DNA of 64,000 bases. It comes from Octopus bimaculoides (lineage: Eukaryota). The position numbers and the translations under genes are program-made. The stretch lies in NCBI RefSeq assembly GCF_001194135.2, contig NC_068997.1, forward strand, positions 54,826,099 to 54,890,098, written 5' to 3'. The notes beneath the pieces were generated by a model. It searched no databases, had not been told where the DNA came from, and worked only from the letters and a program-made list of their open reading frames with translations. How positions within the stretch are numbered: position 1 is the stretch's first letter; every line of letters begins with the position of its first letter. Positions 12,001-21,765 of this stretch are shown piece by piece.

Positions 12001-14349
12001 GGCTATACTAGAAGACTTTTGTCCAAAGTGCTTTGCAGTGGGACAGAACCTGAAATCATGAAGCTATGAAGTAAACTTTTTAACCACACATCAAAGTCCT
12101 TCATTTTTAACATTTTAATAATGTTAATTTTTTAAATTTATTCACGGCTTTTAAAATTTTTGATTCATCAACTCTGATAAAAGTGTTGTACCAATCTAAC
12201 TAGGAAAAGCCTTTATGTATCTTGTAGAAACCCTTTTGGAATGGCTGAGTAGGAAATAAGATAATGAAGTTTTACAAAGTGTTGTAATTATGTGATCAGT
12301 TCTAAAGATTTTCGTTTTATATATGTTTATCTTAGAAAATATTTCTGCTTAAAAATTGAGATGTAATCAGTTTATAATTGGCTCATTTGTATTTCAAAAT
12401 GAAATGACAACACCAGCATCTCTCAGTAATTTTCATTAGCAGCCATTAATTTGACATCTATGTCAGAGTGACACAAGTGGCAGCACTGTTTACAAAATTT
12501 TATTAAGGCAGTTGATCAGTTACTAGCTTGGACAACTGCACAGGCAGATAATTAATTAATATATTGTCTTGTCAACTGATGCATGCTACATACACACCTG
12601 AATTACCTTTATTTCAATTCTTGTTTCTGCAGAATTTACTGTTGTTGAGGCATGAAAAGGCTTTAGCTTGTAAACAAGTAGACATTATTTATTGTTTTCA
12701 TTTACAGAAACATGCTAAATGTGTTTTGAAAATAAACAAACACCTCACAAATGGTTAATGTAGAGAAAATTCAGCAGAAAAACAAAATGAAATAAAAAAA
12801 AAGAGGGGGGGGAAACATTCCAAGATAAATCAATGAATATGAATTAAGTATGAGTGGCAAAAGATCAAAAGAAACTTCTAAATCAGAATCATAAGAGATA
12901 TATATAAAAAGAACAAAACCTATTATGTTTGTTTCTTCTTCTCTAGCCATAGAAACTTTGCTGTCAACTTCTCAGACAGGCTGCTTTATTCTTATAAAAT
13001 ACACAGAAAAAGAATTGCTTCCTACCTAAAGTATTTTCAAATGACAATGTAAGAGAAATGCCACCTAAAGTGACAGATGACAGGAGACAAAAGGTGGGGG
13101 GGAAGTGTCTAAAAAATCTCAGACTGAATCCATATTTCTGTTTGCTTAGTTTAGAAATTTCAATAACTAGCCAAGAATTCACTTGAAATACCAAGTTTTT
13201 TTCCTTTTCATATTCAATTTGGGTTTCTAATTTTGAGTTCCATAAAAAGAATTGAAGGGCCATGAATTATTGGAGGGAGTTTGGCTCTGGGCATTTTTAT
13301 TAGCTTTTATAAGGAAAGTATTCTTTTTATTTCTATTCTGTACAGTTATAAATATGCCTTATTTTTTTATGTGTTTTATTTTCTATTGATGAATCTATTC
13401 ATAGATTTTGCATTGCTTGTCCTGACAATATCCAGGAGAAATCACTCAGTTACTTATATGTCTTTGAATATAGTGGTGAGATGGGAATCAATATCCATTA
13501 TTGGATCTAACTAAATAGATTTTTTTCTCTTCTTTATTGTTATTGTTATTATTGTCTAGAGATTTCCATTTGACTTTAGAGTATTTATGTTCACTTTGTG
13601 GGTAAACTTTGTAAAGAAATCACAAAGAGGTTAAATTCAATAGCTTACACAAACTTTTTTGTATTCTGTTTACTGAAAGAAGTAATAAATAGAAAACTAA
13701 TATAGTTTTACATATGTTTTGTATTTTTATTTTTCCATATGCAAAACAAAAGAATGAATCGAAATGGGAAACAGACTGAGCAAAATTGTTATCTGAAGAA
13801 TGCTGAATAGAACAGACGCTTTCCATTCCAATTGCTGCTATCATAGAGGAAAAGAACATATATGTATGTGTGTGTGAGCATATGTATATATAAATATATA
13901 GATATGTGTGCATGTATGTATGTATATGCACACACACAGACATATCTTTGGTGAAGGTTTAAAAATACAATACACTAACTTTCCTCTAGTGAGGCTTTCT
14001 CTCTTTATGTAGTGTATATATATATATATACACACACATGCATGTGTTGCACACACGTGTGGGTATGTGTAGTAAGAAACTTTAGGGAGAACTGAATAGT
14101 TGAGGGTCTTCAGAGAAGAAGTACCCCCACCCCCACCCCGTGCTGCGAGTGTTTTGACTCTTAGCTCTTTTGCATTCTAAGGAGGCTAGGCCATGTCCAG
14201 ATCAAGATGGATGGAGAGAGAGAGAGAGAGTTTGTATATAGATGATTTAGATGTGATGTGTTGAAAGAAAAATGGCAGAAAAAGTTCTTAAATTTTAAAA
14301 TGTTTCAGAAAAGTTCTAACAGTTATAAGAAAAGAGGGAAAATCGAAAA

Positions 14350-14810
14350 GTGTGTAAGCCCTGTGTCATCTAATGAATGTGTCAAAAAGTGGGTATGTCG
14401 GAAGAATAGTACTTAGTGGATAAGACTAAACAAGAGGTGCAGTGAGATATGTGGCAAAATGGGAGAGAATGAAGAATTGAGGAAAAGCTGTTGGATAGAA
14501 GTAGTTAATGATAGCAGCAATGGGAAAGAAAGCCATGAAATAAAATCTTTGTACTGCTCTCAAATTGGTGAATATGGTTGGCAGTTTTGTTATGAAGGTG
14601 ATAAAATATATCATAGGAGTTGGAGTAATAAAAAAATAGAGAAACAAGAATATGAAAAACAAATTTAGAGAGTTATAACTTCTGTTGGTAACAGTTTCTC
14701 TATCCATGATGAAGACAAGTTTCAAAGAGTATGTGTGAGGAATGCCATGTTGCTGAGAAATGTTAAATTCGTATGGCCTGGTGAAGATCTGTAAATGGTA
14801 ATGTGGGAGA
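14350..14810 (+). mobile_element. Decayed RTE LINE fragment (Cys-rich insert plus thumb)
   Basis: VCRKNST*WIRLNKRCSEICG...GWQFCYEGDKI...FSIHDEDKFQRVCVRNAML parallels 59290-59710 (CRKG.GRNSI.C..CKLW..K.CS...FxYLGD...CVRxAML). Confidence 0.6.
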
Positions 14811-16339
14811 TATCTTCAATGAGATGCCTTGATTTTAAATATTAATTTTAATTTGAGGCAAACAAAACAAAAGCTGATAGAGTTAAAATCTCTCTCAAAC
14901 CTATTGTGAGGTTAACTTTCCAGCTACTGAAGGAGACAATTTTCTGTTGGACATACTTCTTACAAAGTGAAATCTTGTTTTAAGACACAATATGCTGCCT
15001 GGTTTGGGAACTGAACCCACAATCTAAAAACTGAAAATTACATATTAGTAATGACTAGGCTACATATTTTCACACAAGGCACAAGCCTCAGTTTATAAGC
15101 ACAAGAACAGTAGCTTTGCTGGTATGTGCATATAATGCAGCATTGAATTGGATGAAGAATTGGTAGGTATTTTAACATGCTGCTGAAATATGATATGAGC
15201 TTGGATCACAGAATATTTAGTTCTGATAGATGTGACAGGGAACCAAGAAAAAGGCTGAAGAAAATTAGTTCAAGATTCTCTAACCCATTGTAATATGAAG
15301 AATAGCTGTGAAAATGATAGTGTCATTGATGATGCTGTTATTTGAATAAGTTTACAAAATGTTAACTGTGAAATAATTATTTGATCATCATCATCATCAT
15401 CATTATCATACGCCTATGGTTAAACGATGATGATCCTATAGTGTAATCATAAAGGCAAGGGTTAAATGACCAGAAACTCTGCCTTAAAAAATAATGATTG
15501 TTGCATAATCATTATCTATATCATTAAAAATGTTTTGTAGAAGTTAATTAAAGAATATGTGTTTCTATGACAGTTAAGAATAAATGTAGTTGAGTGAGAG
15601 GAAAATGCCAAAATTTCATAGATGTAAAAAAAGCAGCATCACATTTATGAATTACTGCAATATTTTTATGTTCAATAACCAGCATAAAGTCTTTAGTAAT
15701 GAAATTTCTTAACAGTTTCTTCTATTGTTTTGAATTGGAGCTCAATTTTCTATTTCTGATAAATGTGGCAGCACTTTTGATGACATGGGTATACTAGTAA
15801 AATTTAATAATTGATACAAACATAATCCAGAAACAAGATTTCTGCAACAAAAATATTTGGTTGTATTGATATAACATTGATATAGTTATACTTCATAAGC
15901 ATAGATGATGATAAAATGTTTATTTATTTTTTCTTTCTTTTTTTCTCCCTCCCCCTTTTTTGTTGATGTAAATAACTGTTTTCAGTTTCTTAGAGAAACA
16001 AACTTCTTTCCTAATCATTCTTTGCTACAATCTCAGGAATTGCCATTTCCTAACTGTATTTTTTCCTAAAAATATCCTATTTAGATCTATATAAACTTGT
16101 GTCAGCATGTACCAGTTGCAGAAAAGAAAAGTTTCAAAACAAGACAAGGGAAAATACTGTATTCTTGTGCAGCTTTCATTAATTCATTCAACAACAACGA
16201 CTACAACACAATTCACAAAAAAAAACAAACATCAATGATTAAAACTAAACAGAAAGAGATTATCCTAACTTTCAAGGCAATCCACTAAAACGTACACAAC
16301 TTGCTTTTAAACTATTCCCATTGTTAAAGAGAAGAACAT

Positions 16340-16647
16340 TGAGCTCCTTTCGAGTGTTGGACCTCATGGAAGCAATGACCGAGACCTTTGGCATTATGTC
16401 GTGCTTGAGAAGAAGACCCTTCAAGCTGAGTAAAATCAGTCATGGCAGATACTGGTATCACGTAAATGGCACCTGTGCCAGTGGCATGTAAAAACACCAT
16501 TACACTCTTGGAGTGATTGGCATTAGGAAAGGCATCCAGTTGTAGAAACCATGCCAATTCAGACTGGAGCCTGGTGCAGCCTTCCAGCCCTGATCAAACC
16601 ATCCAACCAATGTGAGCATGGACAACAGACATTAAATGATGATGATA
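16340..16647 (+). mobile_element. RTE 3'UTR-derived copy with (GAT)n tail
   Basis: Starts with the segment found right after the RTE stop at about 60070 (cctcatggaagcaatgacc...gacctttggcattatg..gtgcttgagaagaagaccc) and ends acattaaatgatgatgat. Confidence 0.88.
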
Positions 16648-16929
16648 TTAAAAATTATTGACATTTTGGACAGTCACGAAATTCCAAATGATACGCAAGG
16701 AAATTTTTAACTGCTACTTGTTATATCTATGTGTGTACATGTACATACACACAGATATACACACTTATCAAGAAAGAGAAAGACAGAGAGAAATTTTATC
16801 ACATTTTGGCATCAAATACATTTGTAAGACTATGGTAAAACACTTTATCATATTTTCTTGGGCTCATAAAAAAATGTACCTTCAAATATATTTCATCATC
16901 ATTCTGTTGTACTTGACTTCCATTCTTGT

Positions 16930-17090
16930 ATAGTTGGACAGTTTGAGTGGATCCAACAAAGATCAAGGATTGCATCATGCTCCAGTGTCTGCTTTGGCAT
17001 GGTTGCTATCATTGCATTCCCTTCTTAATGCCAACCACTCCACAAAGTGTATGGGATGCTTTTTCTATGCAACCGGCAAAGTGATGTTTG
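16930..17090 (-). mobile_element. Degenerate RTE 3'UTR copy, inverted relative to 16340-16647
   Basis: gctccagtgtctgctttggcatggtt...cccttcttaatgccaaccactccacaaagtgt. Confidence 0.7.
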
Positions 17091-17904
17091 ATTTCCTGCT
17101 GGTGTATATTGGAGATAGGTGAGCTTTGTGCTAAGAGATGAGAGGTTAAAGAATGAAAGAAGAGGCAAAAGCAGAACAGGTTTCTTGCTGCAAAGGAGGC
17201 ATATGGCTACTCATGTTATGGAAGAGAAGGTGAGAGTAACAATGATATAAAATAGTGGAGAAGAGGTGTCACAGTGGACCCTGAAGGTATGAGGTGAGCA
17301 GAAACCAGTGGGGCCAGAAGAATAGGTAGTGTTGTTAAGTAGAGGCTGCAAGGATGTATGAGGAAAGTGAAGGATGGTTAGAGCTGGAGAAGAAACAATG
17401 GGTGAGTATAATGATGAAAGAAGGGTTATGGAAGAAATAATTTTGATCCTATGGTGTAATCCTAAATATCTTTGATATTACAATTTCAGATTGGTGGGAT
17501 GGAATATTTAATTTATCCAGAACTCTTATTTGATAAATTTAATTCTTCACTCAAGCTGTCAGTATTGACAAATATTCTGGAGGAATACATGGAAAACTAG
17601 CAGAAGTGAAATAATAATTTCAACTTAAATCATCATCTCAAAACTTCACTTAACTGTCAAGAAAAGAAAATTTGTTTCTGTATTTTTGTCCCAAAATATT
17701 GAATATTACAGAAATAGAGGAAACTTTTCCTCAAAAACTGCAATAAGTAAAATAACAATTTCAAATATCTTTTGGAATAATCAGAAACATTAAAAAAATT
17801 TTTTTGAAGGATATAGTGGGGAAACAGAAATTATCTGTCATTGTCCAATAAAGGCAAGAAGATACAGTTTGAAATATATCAAAACTATGCTAGTATACAG
17901 CTGG

Positions 17905-18050
17905 CTGGGTGCAGACATGGATTAGTGAATAAGAGGCTGTTATGCAGTCCAGGATCAATTCCACTATCTGCAATCTCGGGTGTCTCTACTATAATTTTGA
18001 GTGGAACCAAACTTCCTGACTAAATTTAGGTAAACAGAAACTGTGTGTGT
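17905..18050 (+). mobile_element. Degenerate family A SINE head
   Basis: gggtgcagacatgg...tagtgaataagagg...ggatcaattccact...ctctactata...ggtaaacagaaactgtgtgtg. Confidence 0.55.
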
Positions 18051-18053
18051 GTC

Positions 18054-18100
<47 letters not shown>

Positions 18101-18110
18101 NNNNNNNNNN
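18101..18110. other. Assembly gap (10 N); further gaps at 30816-30825 and 58595-58604
   Basis: Runs of n, each next to a (TA)n microsatellite. Confidence 0.99.
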
Positions 18111-18791
18111 CAGAATGCTAAACTTATTTTAATAAAGATTTCTCTAACCGGCTTTCATTGCAAAGCAAATTTTCAAGAAGAGGGAAAATGAAAATGTTTT
18201 TTACAAAGAAGTACAAAATGAAGAAAATAATATATAAAAAAATAAACATACCAATGCATTATATTGTCTTTCAGCTTTTGAAGTTCAATGGTAATCCATG
18301 TATATAATGGTTGGAAAAATAAGGATGCATGAGAATTGAGAGTTGTATTAGGTTTAAAGAAAGGGTTAAAAGTTTGTGTTAAGCAGGAAGTGTGGTGTCA
18401 AAACAGGAAGTGTGTGTAAGGGGAGACAAATCTTTTTAGTTGGAGTTATGAACTCTTTTTAGTTCATAACTCCAACTAAAAAGATTTTGCTTAACACAAA
18501 CTTTGAGCCTTTTTTCTCTTTTTTTAAACCTAACCCAACTCTCAATTCTCGTGCATCCTTATTTTTCCAACCATTATCTACATGGATTACCATTGAATTT
18601 CAAAAGCTCAAAGACAATATAATGTATTGGTATGTTTATTTTTTTGTATATTATTTTTTTATATATTATTTTCTTCATTTTGTACTTCTTTGTAAAAAAA
18701 CATTTTCATTCTCCCTCTTCTTGATAATTTGCCATGCAACGAAAGCCGGTTAGAAATCTTTATTAAAATATGCTTCCAGTTTAGCATTCTG
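18111..18791. repeat. ~680-bp fold-back palindrome (foldback/MITE-like element)
   Basis: 18111-18385 is the reverse complement of 18488-18791, with scattered mismatches and small indels. A perfect inner 27-bp stem (18428-18454 / 18461-18487) closes a 6-nt loop. 18386-18427 is an unpaired bulge. Confidence 0.92.
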
Positions 18792-18999
18792 CCTTATTAT
18801 TATTTTTCATTTTCCTATTATTTCTCCACGTGCGGTTAACACAACCCCACTATTTACTGACTTATATATATATAATGTGATTGATCAGGCTATTAAATGT
18901 TGCTATACATTGCTGGTCACAATGCACTTCATTTTAGCTTTTGATTGAAGCCATTCCACAGACCAAGCAAGCAGGCCAACACTAGGCCTCTGATTTGAA

Positions 19000-19145
19000 G
19001 GCTAGTCCATTGCAGGGCGACTCATTTAGAACTGATTGAACTGGAGCAATTTGAAATGGAGTATTTTACTCAAGAAGTCTGGGATTTGAAACTTTGATCT
19101 CATGACCGTGTGTGCAACACCCCTAACCATTAGGCCATTCACCTT
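19000..19145 (-). mobile_element. Degenerate SINE (family D); second copy at about 46330-46470
   Basis: gaactggagcaatttgaaatggagtattttactcaagaa...gggatttgaaac...gtgcaacacccctaaccattaggcca is the reverse complement of a tRNA-like head. It shares motifs with 46345-46465. Confidence 0.6.
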
Positions 19146-20879
19146 TATATTTATATGTGTGTGTGTACATCTGTCAGATTGTTGTGGCAATTGAAAGGTC
19201 TAACTTCATTACACTTTCACACTGCAGCCATTTACATGTTAATCACCATGATGAAGTCATACATCTAAAAATCACTGAAATAAAACTACAGTGCTGTATA
19301 AAAAAAAATCTAAAAAATTACCATTACAACCAGCAGTCTTTGACTCAACAGCAAGCTATCTCCAGCCAATATTTGTTCTGTTTATAATGCAATGATCTTA
19401 GAATTTTTCTTTTAACATTTCCCCTGGTCACCCTTTCTTTCTTCTAACTTTCCAAACTTTTTCTCTACCAATTCGTCATGCATATTAAGTTGACAGGCCA
19501 ACATGTTATATTCTCCAGACTTACCAGTTTTATTTCTAAATTTCAACTAATTCTGTTGCCATTTAGAACAGACCATTCATTTTAGTGCTAAAAATGTCAT
19601 GAAAACAAAAAGTAACCCCAGCAAAAGAGGCCTAACTTTGGAACGATGTTGCAAGTATTTAAATATTGTTTTATTTTAACTAGGATAAAAGTTTCTACAT
19701 TTCCAAAGAGTGGGGAAATAAGAAGTTGTAATGTTAATTCTTTTCTTATTTTGTTAGCAGTGTAAGAAAAATTAATTAGTTTCAATGAAGATTCCAAACT
19801 AGATCAAGGTTTCAGAATTCTGGAATATTTCAATGTTGACTACTAACTTGTTAAACGCAGAGCAGCATCACTGACAGATAAATTAGATCCAATAAGTCGA
19901 TAATTGCTTTACTACTAATGAAATAAAAAGCATTTTCAGTGATGTTGAGATCAAATAGTCATGAACCAAAAGTTATTTCATAAATAAATAAATAATCTTT
20001 CTTGTAAACTCTTTGAGTAACAGAAGCTTTTTAATTAACAGTGAATATTTCATTAATTGGTTTGGTACTTTGTGTAGTAGTTTAGAGAGAAATTATTGAT
20101 TGGGTGGGATACAAAACTAAATAGAAGGGTACATCTATCAATTTCCTCAAGTTTCTCCTCCCCATTGTTGTTGTTGTCATCATCGCTGTTATCCTCTTAA
20201 TCAACATTTAAACAAGCAATTTTCTCTACTTGCATGAACCAAATGAAATCCAGTGAAATATTTTCAATGGCCGGGTGCCCCTCCTATTGCAGACCCTGTT
20301 TTCAACCATGGTAATATTTCCCCACGCCAAGGTATGTTTACAGGGAAGATTATAAACAAAAGACACTGCTTATATGATGATGATGATGATGATTATTTGG
20401 TTCCAACTATTGTGTACTGTCAAGATATGCATGCACTCACACATGCACAACAGGCTTCTTTCAGTTTCCGCAATGTGACTGAACCTAAAACCTTGTAGTT
20501 GTGAAATGGATTTCTTAACTATGCAGCCACACCTGCACCATTAATAAAACTGCAAGGAAATGCAGGGTTATTATCATATCTTGGAATTTGTAAACTAAAT
20601 CTAAAATTTCTTGTGAATCTATTGAGAGTCCATAGATATTTTTTCATATTGTTTTAAAGAGAAAACTCCATGTAGACATTGCTGAAAAATATAAAATTAA
20701 TAATAATGATAATGAACTCTCACATCAAAGACGATGTATGAGTGTTCAGCTTAATAATAATAATAACAATATAGTAGAAGACACTTGTTCTGGATGCCAT
20801 TGACTTTTGTTTGTACTTGTAAAGGTATCATAAGCTCTTCAGCTTCTGCAAAATGCTAGTTTTGTCCCTCTACATCCTT

Positions 20880-21045
20880 GTCAGTGGCACAATTCCTTGG
20901 TACCTAAGGCACAATTCCTCAGTAGCTAAGGAAAATAGTCTAATAATGGGGCATACAAGCAGATAGGAAAACCTTCCTTTTTTTCTGTCAACGGCTTATA
21001 TGCCCCGTTATTAGAATATTTTCCTTGGTCATTGCACAGTGATCG
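20880..21045. mobile_element. Truncated MITE-like element: 22-bp tandem subrepeat plus 33-bp inverted repeat
   Basis: ggcacaattcct(tg/ca)gta(c/g)ctaa occurs twice (20886-20929). Arms 20928-20960 and 20994-21026 are reverse complements with 3 differences. Confidence 0.7.
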
Positions 21046-21103
21046 CCATAAGCTTTAAGCTTGTATAAGAATATTATCATTATTATTTACAGGATATATA
21101 ACT

Positions 21104-21288
21104 TTAATCCTTTTGCATTCAGATTACTCTGTCAAAACGTAATGCTTATTTATTCATATTGCTTTGAATTAATCATGGATTATCTCATAGCTTCAAGATT
21201 TTGATGATGTGATTGTTTATTTTTAGAAGAACATTGTAGGGTCGGTGTGAGAGGTTGGATATGGCTGGTTTGAATGCTGAAGAGTTAA
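21104..21288. mobile_element. TTAA-flanked MITE (piggyBac-like non-autonomous element)
   Basis: TTAA tccttttgcattc...gaatgctgaagag TTAA. The imperfect TIRs fit a consensus ccctttagcattc. Confidence 0.75.
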
Positions 21289-21468
21289 TGAGATAAAAAG
21301 AAAGACAAAAATGGACAAAAACAATAAAAACCATGAGTTTTTAGTTTTACAATTGAGCAAAAATTGATATTAATTTTGTTATTTGTTTCAAAAACAATGT
21401 TTACAGCATTGTGTTTAGTCCAGTTGAAGTAAGACTGAAATATATTGTTTGTAGAAATATTATCGTTT

Positions 21469-21474
21469 ACTTAC
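21469..21474 (-). other. 5' splice donor of the THSD7-like exon
   Basis: Minus strand CCTAT|GTAAGTAA, a perfect consensus, located where TSP1 homology ends. Confidence 0.85.
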
Positions 21475-21732
21475 ATAGGGCAGCGTTTGAGCCTTCTGAT
21501 TGCCGTATTATTTTCTTGAATCTCTTCGAGATTTGGACACTTAGCTCCATCACCAAGAGGCATTTGTAAAATTTTCCGTTTTCTTATAACATGCGATTTG
21601 TATATCACTCCATCGATAGTTTGACAACCATCGCTGTAAGCTTTCCATTCCATCCATTCTGAAACTATACAGTCTTGAGGTAATACACAACTTTGGTAAT
21701 CAGCATGAACTATTCCTGTCTCCCAGCAATCT
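21475..21732 (-). CDS. THSD7A: Internal coding exon of a THSD7A/THSD7B-like gene (thrombospondin type-1 domain-containing protein 7), encoding a spondin-type TSP1 repeat
   Basis: Open frame DCWETGIVHADYQSCVLPQDCIVSEWMEWKAYSDGCQTIDGVIYKSHVIRKRKILQMPLGDGAKCPNLEEIQENNTAIRRLKRCP. It aligns by eye with human THSD7A ...FQSCVITKECQVSEWSEWSPCSKTC...RTRTIRQFPIGSEKECPEFEEKEPC...VPC (recalled from memory). Acceptor atttttacttcAG ends at 21733; donor GTAAGT is at 21474-21469; 258 bp, phase 2/2. The A versus B paralogue cannot be assigned; invertebrates probably have a single co-orthologue. Confidence 0.88.
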
Positions 21733-21765
21733 CTGAAGTAAAAATAATATTCTTTGTTACACATT
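21733..21765 (-). other. 3' splice acceptor of the THSD7-like exon
   Basis: Minus strand ...gtgtaacaaagaatattatttttacttcag|AGATTGC: a short U-rich tract followed by CAG. Confidence 0.8.
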
